NCBI GenBank assembly: GCA_963708075.1 | Contig: OY970194.1 | Span: 5,088,001 to 5,152,000, forward strand | Reading direction: 5' to 3' | Length of the DNA stretch: 64,000 bases | DNA from: Sedimentisphaerales bacterium | Lineage (GTDB): Bacteria > Planctomycetota > Phycisphaerae > Sedimentisphaerales > Anaerobacaceae | Shown here: in pieces, positions 21,452 to 31,262 of the stretch | How the letters are laid out: the number at the start of each line of letters is the position of its first letter | How positions within the stretch are numbered: the stretch's first letter is position 1 | The notes under the pieces: generated by a model | What the model was told of the DNA's origin: nothing | Database searches by the model: none | What the model saw: the letters and a program-made list of their open reading frames with translations, nothing else | Translations under genes and position numbers: made by a program

Positions 21452-22909
21452 TCAATGGTAACCGGTTTTCAACACAAGAATAGCGGCGTAGGCACCATCG
21501 TGGTCGAACGGTTGTGCGGAGGGGAGCGTGAGGTGCTCCTGTGTGAGCTGGAATTGGTCGTGGGCCTTGAGGAAGGCTTGGATTACGTCCTGGTTTTCGG
21601 TTTTTTGGATGCTGCAGGTGCTGTAGCAGATTCGGCCGGCGGGCTTGAGGAAGGTGGCGGCTCTTTCGAGGAGGGTCCGCTGGGTGGCGGCGAGGTCGTG
21701 GATCGTCTCGGGGCGGAGTCTGTAGCGGGCCTCGATTCGACGGGCGAGGACGCCGGTGTTGGAGCAGGGGACATCGAGCAGAATTGCGTCGAAGGGGCCC
21801 ACTGCGCCGTGTTCGAGTTGGGCGTAGGGGATGATGGTGATGCTCTTGAGGCCCAGGCGGGTGATGTTTTCCTGGACGCGCTCCAGCCGCTTGGGGTCGA
21901 TGTCGGTGGCGAGGATCGTTGCCGAGTCTTGCGTCAGCTCGGCAATCTGCGTGGTCTTGGTCCCCGGCGCCGAGCACATGTCGAGAATGGTCCATCCCGG
22001 CTGGGGTTGCAGCGCGCGAACAGCCTGCGAGGCCGAAAGGTCCTGCACGGTGAACAGGCCCTCGGAGAAGCCGGGGAGTTCCGTCACGGCGTGCGGGCCG
22101 GTGACACGAAGCATGTCTGATGTCACGTCCGCGATGGTAGGGTGGGCTATGCCCACCGATTCCCCTGGATACGAATGAGAGACGGTGGGCAGAGCCCACC
22201 CTACCGGCTCCGCCTTGACGCCGGCCTGCTCGAAGCGCGCCAGCAAATCCTGGGCGGTCGTTCGCAGGGGGTTGATGCGGATGTAGAGACTGGGTCTGCG
22301 GTTAGAGCCGAGACAGATTCGTCGAGTCTGATCGGGGCCGAACGTGTCGAGCCATTCATGCACGAGCCACGGCGGCAGCGAGAAACAGGTGCTCAGGTAC
22401 TCGGCAAAAGAGGCGGCGGGGTCGGGCAGGAAGTCCGTGTCGAATTCGCAGCCTGCGTCGGGCTCGCGGATGAGCGTGCGTCTGGAACCAGACGCGGCAA
22501 GCGGGGCCTCGCGATTGGCGATGTGCCGCACGATTTCGCGCAGGACGGCGTTGACGAATCCTGTCTGCTTTTTGCCGCCGGCCTTGCGGGCGTTGTTGAC
22601 CGCCTCATTGACGATGGAATAGACCGGCGTGGCGGGACTGTACGCAAGCTCATAGATCGCAACCCGAATGATGCTCAACAAGGCTGGAGCGATTCTGTCG
22701 GGCCGGCGGCCGGAGAAGCGGCCGATCACGGCGTCGATGGCGAGGAGGTTGCGGATCGTGCCGTAGACGAGATCGGTGGCCCGCTGTCGCTCGTCTGTCT
22801 GCGAGAGCAAAGGGTCCAAGATCGTCCCGGCGTAGTCGCGCGCGGGATCGAACCGCTGCAGCGTTTCCGCGGCCACCGCACGAGCGGATTTAAGCTCCCG
22901 AGCGGACAT
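21452..22909 (-). CDS. rsmB: 16S rRNA m5C967 methyltransferase RsmB/Sun
   Basis: NusB-like N-terminus (GFVNAVLR), DMCSAPGTKT, DVPCSNTG, YSTCS; def-fmt-rsmB order. Confidence 0.92.
   Translation of the reverse strand: MSARELKSARAVAAETLQRFDPARDYAGTILDPLLSQTDERQRATDLVYGTIRNLLAIDAVIGRFSGRRPDRIAPALLSIIRVAIYELAYSPATPVYSIVNEAVNNARKAGGKKQTGFVNAVLREIVRHIANREAPLAASGSRRTLIREPDAGCEFDTDFLPDPAASFAEYLSTCFSLPPWLVHEWLDTFGPDQTRRICLGSNRRPSLYIRINPLRTTAQDLLARFEQAGVKAEPVGWALPTVSHSYPGESVGIAHPTIADVTSDMLRVTGPHAVTELPGFSEGLFTVQDLSASQAVRALQPQPGWTILDMCSAPGTKTTQIAELTQDSATILATDIDPKRLERVQENITRLGLKSITIIPYAQLEHGAVGPFDAILLDVPCSNTGVLARRIEARYRLRPETIHDLAATQRTLLERAATFLKPAGRICYSTCSIQKTENQDVIQAFLKAHDQFQLTQEHLTLPSAQPFDHDGAYAAILVLKTGYH
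22137..22204. repeat. REP-doublet family C inserted in-frame in rsmB
   Basis: GTAGGGTGGGCTATGCCCACC...GGTGGGCAGAGCCCACCCTAC; same family is intergenic at 26729..26796. Confidence 0.85.
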
Positions 22910-22910
22910 A

Positions 22911-23864
22911 TCATTCTTGCATCTTGACCAGTCGGTCGCCGGGCTGGACTCGCCAGCCGTTGATGAAGGCTTTGAAGTCCATCAGCCCCGAGCCAGCGGG
23001 CTTGAGCTGGATGATCCTGAGCCGGCCCTGGCCGCAGATCACGTTGAGGTCTTCGGCGAACGTGCCCGGAGCGCGTTGCACTGTGTCGGTTGCGGACACG
23101 GCCTCGGCGAGGGCAATCACGACACGCGTTGTCTTCTGCGTCTGCTGAGAAACGAAGCCTGCAAAAGCTCCCGGCCAGGGCCAGAAGCCGCGGATCTTGC
23201 GGGCCAGCGATTCGGCGGGCTCGGCGAAATCCAGCAGGCCGTCGCTCTTGTGCAGTTTCGGGGCGAATGTGACCTGGGCCGGGTCTTGTTTGATGTGCGC
23301 AGCCGTGCCGGACTCGATCTTGTCGAGCGTGTCGAGCAGCAGCGGGGCGGCCAGTCGCGCAAGCCTGTCGTGCAACTCGCCGGCCGTCTCCAGCGGACCG
23401 ATGGCGGTCCGGGACTGGGCCAGGATGTCGCCTGCGTCGATTTTCTCGGCAAGTGTGATGATGCTGTTGCCCGTGTGGGTTTCGCCGCGGAGGATGGCCC
23501 AGTTGATCGGGGCGGCCCCGCGATACTTCGGCAGCAGCGAAGCGTGAACGTTGATCGCGCCCTTGGGGGCGAGTGCCACCAGTTCCCGGCCGATCTTCTG
23601 GCCGAACGCGATGACCACGAGGATCTCGGGCCGGCATTCGGCGATTCGCGCCAGCATCTCCGGCGTGTTGACATTGTCAGTCTCGACAACGGGCACTTCG
23701 TGCGCGGCGGCCCACTGGGCAACGGGCGTAGGCTGCGGCTTGCGGCCCCGGCCCGCCGGGTTCGCCGGCTGAGTCACCACCAGCGCGAGCCTGTGGCTCG
23801 ACGCATCCAATGCATCCAGAGACGGAACACCGAACTCTCCACTGCCGAGATAGACAACGCTCAT
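22911..23864 (-). CDS. fmt: methionyl-tRNA formyltransferase
   Basis: VVTQPANPAGRG, NVHASLLPKYRGAAPINWAI, DAGDIL. Confidence 0.96.
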   Translation of the reverse strand: MSVVYLGSGEFGVPSLDALDASSHRLALVVTQPANPAGRGRKPQPTPVAQWAAAHEVPVVETDNVNTPEMLARIAECRPEILVVIAFGQKIGRELVALAPKGAINVHASLLPKYRGAAPINWAILRGETHTGNSIITLAEKIDAGDILAQSRTAIGPLETAGELHDRLARLAAPLLLDTLDKIESGTAAHIKQDPAQVTFAPKLHKSDGLLDFAEPAESLARKIRGFWPWPGAFAGFVSQQTQKTTRVVIALAEAVSATDTVQRAPGTFAEDLNVICGQGRLRIIQLKPAGSGLMDFKAFINGWRVQPGDRLVKMQE

Positions 23865-23896
23865 GGGATTTTCGATCTATGATTTCTGATTTATGA

Positions 23897-24150
23897 GTGG
23901 AGTTCTGCAAAATGGAAGTTGGGCTTATTATTCAAGGAAATCCGCTTTCAGGGATTTCCTTGAATCGAGACGTTGTCCGTGCGTATCGCACAGCGCGCGA
24001 GGGTCTGTTTGTCGTGTGCGGCAAGGCAATCCCCCGTCGCTTCACGAAGTGCGTATCGTGCCCATTGGCGTCCATCGTTGGGGAAGGAAAAATGAAATAC
24101 GCATTTTTCCTTCCCCAAGTAAGCCCAACTTCCATTTTGCAAAACTCCAC
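23897..24150. mobile_element. 254-bp MITE-like element
   Basis: 31-bp terminal inverted repeats GTGGAGTT(C/T)TGCAAAATGGAAGTTGGGCTTA (one mismatch) flanked on both sides by TTATGA. Confidence 0.8.
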
Positions 24151-24203
24151 TTATGATTGCCGAAGAGGCCGCAAGGCAACAATCAAACATCAACAATCAT
24201 TCT

Positions 24204-24722
24204 TTACTTGCCTTCCTGTTCTTCGGCCAGTTTCTTGAGTTGCCGGCGGTGGGCGATCTTGGCCGCCGAGCCCATGCGATTGACGATCGTCATGCCCTCG
24301 ATGTGATCGTACTCGTGCTGCAGGCAGCGGGCGTACATGCCCTCGGCCTCCTCGGTGAACTGGTGCCCGTCGAGGTCGGTGGCCGTGACGGTCGCGTTCT
24401 TGTATCGCCGGATCTTTGTCCACACGCCCGGCACGGACAGGCAGCCTTCCTCCAGCTCCTCGAGCTCGCCGCTCGGCGTCACCGTCGGGTTGATGTAGAC
24501 TCGCACGTTCTCCCGCGACACGTCGAGCGACACGATGAACAATCGCAGCGGCACGCCCGCCTGCGGCGCCGCCAGCCCGATCCCCCGGTGCTCGATCATG
24601 ATGTCCGTCATCCGCTCCACGAGTCGGCGGATACTGTCATCGATCTTCTCCACCCGCTTGGCCGCCCCCCGCAACACCGGCGCCGGGTAGTACGTGATCT
24701 TGCATTTACTGACATCAATCAT
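24204..24722 (-). CDS. def: peptide deformylase
   Basis: GIGLAAPQAG, EGCLS, QHEYDHIEG. Confidence 0.96.
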   Translation of the reverse strand: MIDVSKCKITYYPAPVLRGAAKRVEKIDDSIRRLVERMTDIMIEHRGIGLAAPQAGVPLRLFIVSLDVSRENVRVYINPTVTPSGELEELEEGCLSVPGVWTKIRRYKNATVTATDLDGHQFTEEAEGMYARCLQHEYDHIEGMTIVNRMGSAAKIAHRRQLKKLAEEQEGK

Positions 24723-24761
24723 AACACGGTCTCGCAGTCTGAAATCCCTTTGGCTCCATTC

Positions 24762-25514
24762 TCATTGTTCGTCGAATTCGTCGCCGGAGAAGGTGTTGCC
24801 GAGATAACTCTTTCGGACGAGCTCGTCGCGGATGATGCTCGGCGGGCGGGCCGGAGGCGATCACCTTGCCGTGGTCGATGATGTAGGCCTTGTCCGCCAC
24901 TTCCAGCGTCCGCTCGACGTTGTGGTCGGTGATCAGGATGCTCACGCCGGAGGCGACCAGCCGGCGGATTTCCCGCTGCAGGTCCTCGACGGCGATCGGA
25001 TCGACGCCGCTGAACGGCTCATCGAGCAGGATCAGCGACGGGTCGGTCACCATCGCCCGGGCGATCTCCAGCTTGCGCCGCTCGCCGCCGGAGAGGAACC
25101 GGCCCTGGCTCTTGGCCACCTCGCGCAGGCCGAACTGCTCCATGAGCAGATCCGCCTTTCGCATCCGCTCGGACCGCGTCAGCGACATCGTTTCGAGGAT
25201 CGCCAGGAGGTTGTCGCGGACGCTGAGCCGCTGGAAGATGCTCGGCTCCTGGGAGAGATAGCCGATCCCCAGCCGTGCCCGCTTGATACATGGGCAGTCG
25301 GGTGATATCCCGGCCGTCGAAGACGACGCTGCCCTTGTCCGGCGTGATCATGCCCATGATCATGCGGAAGGTCGTCGTCTTGCCCGCCCCGTTGCGGCCG
25401 AGCAGACCGACGATGCTGCGCTGGTCGATCGTGACGCGAGACCTCGTTGACGACGGCCCGGCCGGAATAGCGCTTAATCAAATCATGCGTTTCAAGAAGG
25501 GTGATCCCTGCCAA
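24762..25514 (-). CDS. lptB: LPS export ABC ATPase; three apparent single-base insertions
   Basis: Stitched frames: LIKRYSGRAVVNEV / GLLGRNGAGKTTTFRM...RLPMY / GYLSQEPSIF...LSGGERRKLEIAR...LLDEPFSGVDP...ITDHNV / VRKSYLG. Confidence 0.88.
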
Positions 25515-25680
25515 TGCGCACCTCTACATCAGTATCTTTCAGACATCCACATTATATCAGTAGCAGACAACCGGGCAACCGGCATTTGTCGGCAAGGCTG
25601 CAATGGGGGAGCGGTCGGCATTCGGCGGTGGGCGGCAGCGACAAGCGGAGGACCTGTTTAGCCTGGAAAGGCTCGATCTT

Positions 25681-25771
25681 GGGTGGCACGGGCAAACTCG
25701 TTTGCCCGTGGGGCTTCGAGCGGCAAGCCCCATCGAATGAGCACCGTCAAACAAGTTTGGCGGTGCCACCC
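25681..25771. repeat. REP-doublet family A
   Basis: GGGTGGCACGGGCAAACTCGTTTGCCCGTG...CGGTGCCACCC. Confidence 0.85.
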
Positions 25772-25911
25772 ATCCCCAATGCCGTGAAATCTTAACAGAT
25801 ACTGCACAAGCGATATGAGAAATCTTCTGGCAATTCGATGCTGTTTCTGCTATTGAGTAGCGTTTCGGCGTAAATGGAGCACTGATCTTACGTTATGCAG
25901 TCAAAGTGTCT

Positions 25912-26688
25912 ATGTTTGCGATTCTGAGCGATATACACTCGAACATTGAAGCCCTGAGCACGGTCCTGGCGGATATCGAGCAGCGGGGCATCAAGACGAT
26001 CTATTGCCTGGGCGACGTGGTCGGCTACGGCCCGAACCCCCGGGAGTGCCTGGATTTGATCATCGAGAAGAGCGAGTGGTGCGTCCTGGGCAACCACGAT
26101 TACGCCGTGTTTTACGAGCCGACGAACTTCAATTACGGCGCGGAACAGGCGAGCTTCTGGACCCGCGAGGTGCTGGAAACCGACGATGACAAGGTCAAGA
26201 GCGATAAGCGATGGCGCTTTCTGGGCGATCTGCCGATGCGGCATTCGGTGCAGGCCCAGTTGGGCCCGACGAAGACGACGATGGACTTCGTCCATGCCTC
26301 GCCACGGCGGCCAATCAACGAGTATATTTTCCCGGACGACGTATATACCAACCCGGCCAAGGTCCGGGCGCTATTCGAGCGGATCACCCACCTGTGCTTC
26401 GTGGGCCATACGCACATGCCGGGCGTCTTCCTCGATGAGCCGGATTTCTACCTGCCCGACGAACTCGGCGGAGTCTACCCCATTATTGAGGAAGAAAAGG
26501 CCATCATCAATATCGGCTCGGTCGGCCAGCCCAGGGATAAGGACAATCGCGCCAGTTACGTGTACGTCGAGGAAAACAAGGTGCACTTCGTCCGGCTGGA
26601 ATATGATTTCGAGACGACGATGAAGAAGATTCTGGCCATCGACCGTCTGGACAATTTCCACGCCGAGCGGCTACGCGATGGAAGATAG
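25912..26688 (+). CDS. metallophosphoesterase (calcineurin-like)
   Basis: SDIHSN, CLGDVVGYG, GNHD, GHTH, NIGSVGQPRD. Confidence 0.92.
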   Translation: MFAILSDIHSNIEALSTVLADIEQRGIKTIYCLGDVVGYGPNPRECLDLIIEKSEWCVLGNHDYAVFYEPTNFNYGAEQASFWTREVLETDDDKVKSDKRWRFLGDLPMRHSVQAQLGPTKTTMDFVHASPRRPINEYIFPDDVYTNPAKVRALFERITHLCFVGHTHMPGVFLDEPDFYLPDELGGVYPIIEEEKAIINIGSVGQPRDKDNRASYVYVEENKVHFVRLEYDFETTMKKILAIDRLDNFHAERLRDGR

Positions 26689-26728
26689 CCGCAAGGCGTC
26701 TGTATTACTGTAGGGTCCGTGCTCAGTC

Positions 26729-26796
26729 GTAGTGGGGCTTGCCCCACCATGAACGACATGCCCGGCAGCAGAACGGTGGGGCAAGCCCCACCCTAC
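26729..26796. repeat. REP-doublet family C
   Basis: GTAGTGGGGCTTGCCCCACC...GGTGGGGCAAGCCCCACCCTAC. Confidence 0.8.
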
Positions 26797-26880
26797 AGGA
26801 CTACGGGACAGGAACGGTCGGGTGGCAGCAGCGAGCGGCAGCGTGCCGATGGTTTAACCCGCCATTATTTGAAAGAGAAT

Positions 26881-28905
26881 ATGAGTCTTAGAACGATCTT
26901 CATCCTGGTCATTGCTGGTTTTTGCCTGCTCTGCGGCGGGCTCGTTTTGGAATCCGGCGTCCTGCAGGTTTTCCGATCTCCGACCGCCGATGCAGGCGTC
27001 GCGCCACCGCAGCAGACTACCGATGTTCAGGTCCCGGCGACCTCGCCCGAGCCGAATGCACCCGCTGTCAAGCCGACACCCGAGCAGATGCCGCAGCTTC
27101 GACCGGCAGGGGAGGACTTCGGCGCCGTTGGAGGCGCTGCCGCCGACGTCAACGTTCCCGTCGGCTCCGTGGACCCGGCCAGCGGCTTCAAATATCAGTT
27201 GGTGCTGGATTCCAAGGGCGCTGCTATCCGGACGGCCACGTTCAGCGAATTCGACGACCGCACGACTGAGACGCCCAAGCCGCTTACATTCCTGTCGCCC
27301 GTCAGCTCCAATGGACAGAAGGTCCTGTCGATGACCAACGGGGAGTTCACCCTCATCGATCAGAGCCGCCGGCTCAGACTGGATCGGTTGGACTGGAAAT
27401 CGCTGGGCGTGCAGAAGCTTGATGATGGCGGCGAATCGGCCTCATTCGAGGCGACGATTGTCGATTCACGCGATCAACCCGCGCTGAAGCTGACCAAGAC
27501 GTATCGCGTGCGTCCCGGCACGTATCTTCTCGACATCACCCTCAACGTCGAGAACCTGTCGGAAGAGGGGCGCAAGGTGCAGTATGTCATGACCGGTCCG
27601 GTCGGGTTGGAGCCGGAAGGCCCGCGATCCGAGATGCGAAAGGTCGTCGCCGGCTTTCGGCATCCGGACGGTCAGGTCGTGAGCACCCGGCTCGATATGG
27701 CAGCCTTGGCCAAGGCGACGACGTCCCAGGAGCGACTCTTGCAGCCCAGGAATGCGAACTCCGCCTTCTTGTGGGCCGCCGCAGTGAACAAGTACTTCGC
27801 CGCGATTGTGGTCCCGGTGCCCGCGGAGGGCCAGGAATCTGCGGATTGGATCGCCGCGAAATGGGGCACGTATTTCAACCCCGATCAGGATCGCAAAGGC
27901 AGGACCGGCGATGAGACCATCGGGCTTGCGATGTCGAGTGTGCCCGCCGCTCTGAGCCCGGCAGGCCAGGCGGACAGTTCCCGGAGCTATCAGTTCCAGC
28001 TCTACCTTGGGCCCAAAGACAAGAGCCAGTTCGCGGAGACTGAGAAGGGGATGGGCCGGAACCTGGGCTTCGTCCAGACGATCGATTTCCAGGGCTGCTG
28101 CTGCCCGGCGAGCATCATCAATCCGCTGGCCTTCGGCATCCTGGCGATCATGAAATGGGCGTACGGGTTCATCCCGAACTACGGCGTGGTGATCATCATC
28201 CTTGTGCTGCTGATGCGGCTGGTCCTGCACCCGATTCAGAAGTACAGCCAGGTCTCCATGAGCAGGATGAGCAAGCTGGCCCCACGAGCCGAGGAGATCA
28301 AGAAGAAGTACGCCTCCAACAAGGCCGAGATGAACAAGAAGCTCATGGAGCTTTACCGCGAGCAGGGGGCCTCGCCCATCATGGGCATGCTCCCCATGTT
28401 CATCCAAATGCCGATCTGGATCGCCCTTTGGAGTGCCATTTATACGAGCATCGACCTGCGAGGGGCGGCGTTCCTGCCGTTCTGGATCACCGACCTGTCG
28501 GCCCCGGACGCCCTGATAAGCTGGCCGCCGATCACGATCCCGCTGGTGGGCTGGACGCTCAGCTCGCTGAACCTGCTGCCGATCCTGATGGGCGTGGCGT
28601 TCTACCTGCAGCAGAAGCTCATGCCGGCACAGGCCGCAGCGCCGTCGAATCCGCAGATGGCGCAGCAGCAGAAGATGATGATGATCATGCTGCCGCTGAT
28701 TATGCCGCTGGCCCTGTACAACGCACCGTCCGGCGTGAACCTCTACATCATGGCCAGCACGTTCGCCGGCGTGATTGAGGGCTACGTCATCAAGAAGCAC
28801 ATCAAGGAACGAGAAGAGCAGGAAGCCAAGGGCGTAGTCCCCGTGACGAGCAAGACGGGCGGCAAGTTCAAGAAGAAGAGGCCCAAGCCGTTCTTCCGAT
28901 CCTAG
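26881..28905 (+). CDS. yidC: membrane protein insertase YidC
   Basis: N-terminal TM, large periplasmic domain, YLGPK, NYGVVIIILVLLMRLVLHP, LYREQGASP..GMLPMFIQMPIW, WITDLSAPD. Confidence 0.95.
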   Translation: MSLRTIFILVIAGFCLLCGGLVLESGVLQVFRSPTADAGVAPPQQTTDVQVPATSPEPNAPAVKPTPEQMPQLRPAGEDFGAVGGAAADVNVPVGSVDPASGFKYQLVLDSKGAAIRTATFSEFDDRTTETPKPLTFLSPVSSNGQKVLSMTNGEFTLIDQSRRLRLDRLDWKSLGVQKLDDGGESASFEATIVDSRDQPALKLTKTYRVRPGTYLLDITLNVENLSEEGRKVQYVMTGPVGLEPEGPRSEMRKVVAGFRHPDGQVVSTRLDMAALAKATTSQERLLQPRNANSAFLWAAAVNKYFAAIVVPVPAEGQESADWIAAKWGTYFNPDQDRKGRTGDETIGLAMSSVPAALSPAGQADSSRSYQFQLYLGPKDKSQFAETEKGMGRNLGFVQTIDFQGCCCPASIINPLAFGILAIMKWAYGFIPNYGVVIIILVLLMRLVLHPIQKYSQVSMSRMSKLAPRAEEIKKKYASNKAEMNKKLMELYREQGASPIMGMLPMFIQMPIWIALWSAIYTSIDLRGAAFLPFWITDLSAPDALISWPPITIPLVGWTLSSLNLLPILMGVAFYLQQKLMPAQAAAPSNPQMAQQQKMMMIMLPLIMPLALYNAPSGVNLYIMASTFAGVIEGYVIKKHIKEREEQEAKGVVPVTSKTGGKFKKKRPKPFFRS

Positions 28906-28911
28906 GGGTTT

Positions 28912-29000
28912 TCAGGGTCCCCTTAGGTCTCTTGAGTCCTTTTGGTCCTTTCAAGGTCGTGCCATCCAAGGACCCAAGGGACCTAAAGGACCTAAGGGAC
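28912..29000. repeat. inverted arrays of 9-mer repeats (possible hairpin or terminator)
   Basis: (GGTCCCCTT/GGTCTCTTG/AGTCCTTTT)n facing (AAGGACCCA/AGGGACCTA/AAGGACCTA)n. Confidence 0.65.
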
Positions 29001-29009
29001 GGCTGACCC

Positions 29010-30515
29010 ATGTACAACCTCAGCGATACGATTGTTGCTGTCAGTTCGCCCAGTGGAGGCGTTCGATCCATCGTGCGCATCACCGGGCCGCAGACAATCT
29101 CCGCATGCGAGCAGCTTTTCGAGCCCTCGCTAAGTCCCCAAATCCGCGTTCCGCACTCCGCATTCCGCACTCGGATGCTCCTGTCCGGCTCCGTGCGGAT
29201 TCACGAGGGCCTGGCCATCGATGCGATGCTCTACCTGTTCTTCGCCCCGCACTCGTATACCGGCGAGCCTCTGGCGGAGATTCATCTCCACGCCGGCCAG
29301 GTCATCGTCGAGGCACTGGTCGAACGCCTGTTGGCGATGGGCCTGCGGCCGGCGGGGCCGGGGGAATTCACGGCCCGGGCGTACCTCAACGGCAAGCTCG
29401 ACCTCGCCCAGGCGGAGGCGGTCAACGAGATCATCAGCAGCTCAAACCGCCTCCAGTTGGATGCCGCCCAGAGGCTTTTGAGCGGACGGCTGACGACAGC
29501 AGCCGAAGAGATCCGCTCCGCACTGCTGGATGTTCTGAGCCTTATCGAAGCAGGCCTTGATTTCAGCGGAGAGGATATCGAGTTCATCAGCATCGAGCAG
29601 GCAGTGGAACGCCTCGGGAATATCCGGGGGAATCTCGAGCAGTTGCTCGCAGGCAGCATCCGGTATGAGACATTGATGGACCTGCCGGCCATAGGGATCG
29701 CCGGGGCGCCGAATGCGGGCAAGAGCAGCCTGCTCAACGCGCTGCTCGGCTGGGAACGCAGCATCGTCTCGGAGCAGGCCCGGACGACCCGGGACGTCCT
29801 CAGCGGCCTGCTGACCACGGACCGGTTTCAGTGCGTGCTCTTCGACTGCGCGGGCTTGATCCCTGTGGCACCCCCGCCCTCGGGGGTGAGCATTGAACCC
29901 AGCCGGGGGCGGCTGGGCTACATCGACGAGCTGGCGCAAGAAGCCGCCGTACAAGCTCTACAAAACTGTCACACAGTGTTGTTCTGCGTGGACCTGACCA
30001 AGCCGGATTGGAGTGACGACATCGCCGTCCGCACGTTGATCCGACCGAAAGACGTGATCTACATCGCCACAAAATCTGATCTGCTGCGATCGGATGAGTT
30101 GCCTGCGAGGCTGCACGCACTGACCAGCGCTTTCAATGCCGAGTTCCTGCCGGTATCGGCAAAGATGTCACGCGGCCTGGATGATCTGCTCGATTCCGTC
30201 GAGAGAAGCATCCTTGGGGAAATGGCGGGCACAGCCCACCCTACAGCCTCCAACGACGGGGTGCCATGCTTACGCTCGCGTAAGCCTGCGATAGATGCAG
30301 CCGGCGGCGCCGTGCTGCTCGCCCGGCACAAGCAGGCGATTGCGGAAGCGATGGACAACGTCCGCCAGGCAAGCGAGGAGGTTGCACGGGGCAACGACGA
30401 AGTCGCCGTGACGATGCTCCGCGCCGCCTGCCAAGCCATCTCCCAGATCGAGCAGCACCACATCGACGAGCAAGTCCTCGACCGCATCTTCAGCCGATTC
30501 TGCATCGGCAAATAG
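29010..30515 (+). CDS. mnmE: tRNA modification GTPase MnmE/TrmE
   Basis: APHSYTGE, GEFTARAYLNGKLDLAQAEAV, GAPNAGKSS, TTRD, DCAG, TKSD, FSRFCIGK. Confidence 0.95.
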   Translation: MYNLSDTIVAVSSPSGGVRSIVRITGPQTISACEQLFEPSLSPQIRVPHSAFRTRMLLSGSVRIHEGLAIDAMLYLFFAPHSYTGEPLAEIHLHAGQVIVEALVERLLAMGLRPAGPGEFTARAYLNGKLDLAQAEAVNEIISSSNRLQLDAAQRLLSGRLTTAAEEIRSALLDVLSLIEAGLDFSGEDIEFISIEQAVERLGNIRGNLEQLLAGSIRYETLMDLPAIGIAGAPNAGKSSLLNALLGWERSIVSEQARTTRDVLSGLLTTDRFQCVLFDCAGLIPVAPPPSGVSIEPSRGRLGYIDELAQEAAVQALQNCHTVLFCVDLTKPDWSDDIAVRTLIRPKDVIYIATKSDLLRSDELPARLHALTSAFNAEFLPVSAKMSRGLDDLLDSVERSILGEMAGTAHPTASNDGVPCLRSRKPAIDAAGGAVLLARHKQAIAEAMDNVRQASEEVARGNDEVAVTMLRAACQAISQIEQHHIDEQVLDRIFSRFCIGK

Positions 30516-30527
30516 CCGCCGGCAGAT

Positions 30528-31262
30528 TCACCCTGTCTTATTCTGATCCGCTTCCTTCGCTTGGGCTTGGAGGTACTCGGAGTGGACTTGGGCACGCCGC
30601 TCGGGGGGCCAGTCCCTGGGGAAATTCACACAGGCGAACTCGCCGAAGTGCTTGACGGCCGCATAGTCGTACGCCCGGGCTGCCTCGACCTCGTCGTCGA
30701 AATAGCCCAAGTGATGGAAGTGGCGCTTGACCGTGCATCCTGCCTTCCATTTGCCGGTCTTCTTCCAGTACGTGACGCCTTTGAAGCGGGAGAGGAAGTT
30801 GCGTCCCTTGGGCTTGTTGCGCTGGTTTTCCTCGCAGTTGCAGATACGCAGACTGGATCGGCGGGCATCCTGCTTGTTTCCGTCGACGTGGTCCACGAGC
30901 CTGTCCGCGGGCGCCTGCATGATCTCGCGGTGCATGGAAATCTGTCGGCCCTTTTCCCATCGGCAGGGATACCCATTCGTCATGCGCCAGTTGTACCGGC
31001 TGAGCCGCTCGTAGTCGGCGGCGTCCACCCAGGCGTAGCCGCCCCCGGCCAGGGGGATAAAGCGGACGGCGTCGCCCTCTGGCAATGCGGGCTTGCACCG
31101 ATAGTTCGGACAGGCCACCCCCGGCACGTCGTGCAGCACGCCCGGCCACTGGGGATGGTTCGCGCATCTCGGCACGATCGGCTCACCCCGCCGAAGCGAC
31201 CGATCCCAATGCTCCGGGTCACAGATCGAATACACGCAATTGTCACAGCACGGTCCAGACAT
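30528..31262 (-). CDS. Cys-rich-HNH-AP2 domain protein (copy 1)
   Basis: CDNC...CANHP...C; MHREIM...VDHVDGN; SRFKGV...W...LGYFDDEVEAARAYDYAA...GEFA.VNFP. Confidence 0.85.
   Translation of the reverse strand: MSGPCCDNCVYSICDPEHWDRSLRRGEPIVPRCANHPQWPGVLHDVPGVACPNYRCKPALPEGDAVRFIPLAGGGYAWVDAADYERLSRYNWRMTNGYPCRWEKGRQISMHREIMQAPADRLVDHVDGNKQDARRSSLRICNCEENQRNKPKGRNFLSRFKGVTYWKKTGKWKAGCTVKRHFHHLGYFDDEVEAARAYDYAAVKHFGEFACVNFPRDWPPERRAQVHSEYLQAQAKEADQNKTG

Noticed and set aside
24762..25514. Programmed frameshifting or true pseudogene in lptB and purH
   Set aside because: No slippery sites are evident, and many unrelated genes show the same single-base indels, so sequencing error is more likely.
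26719..26880. N-terminal extension of YidC in the ORF track (similar extensions at 6701, 16366, 36210)
   Set aside because: These upstream starts run through REP or intergenic DNA or the wrong frame; the downstream ATGs match the expected family N-termini.
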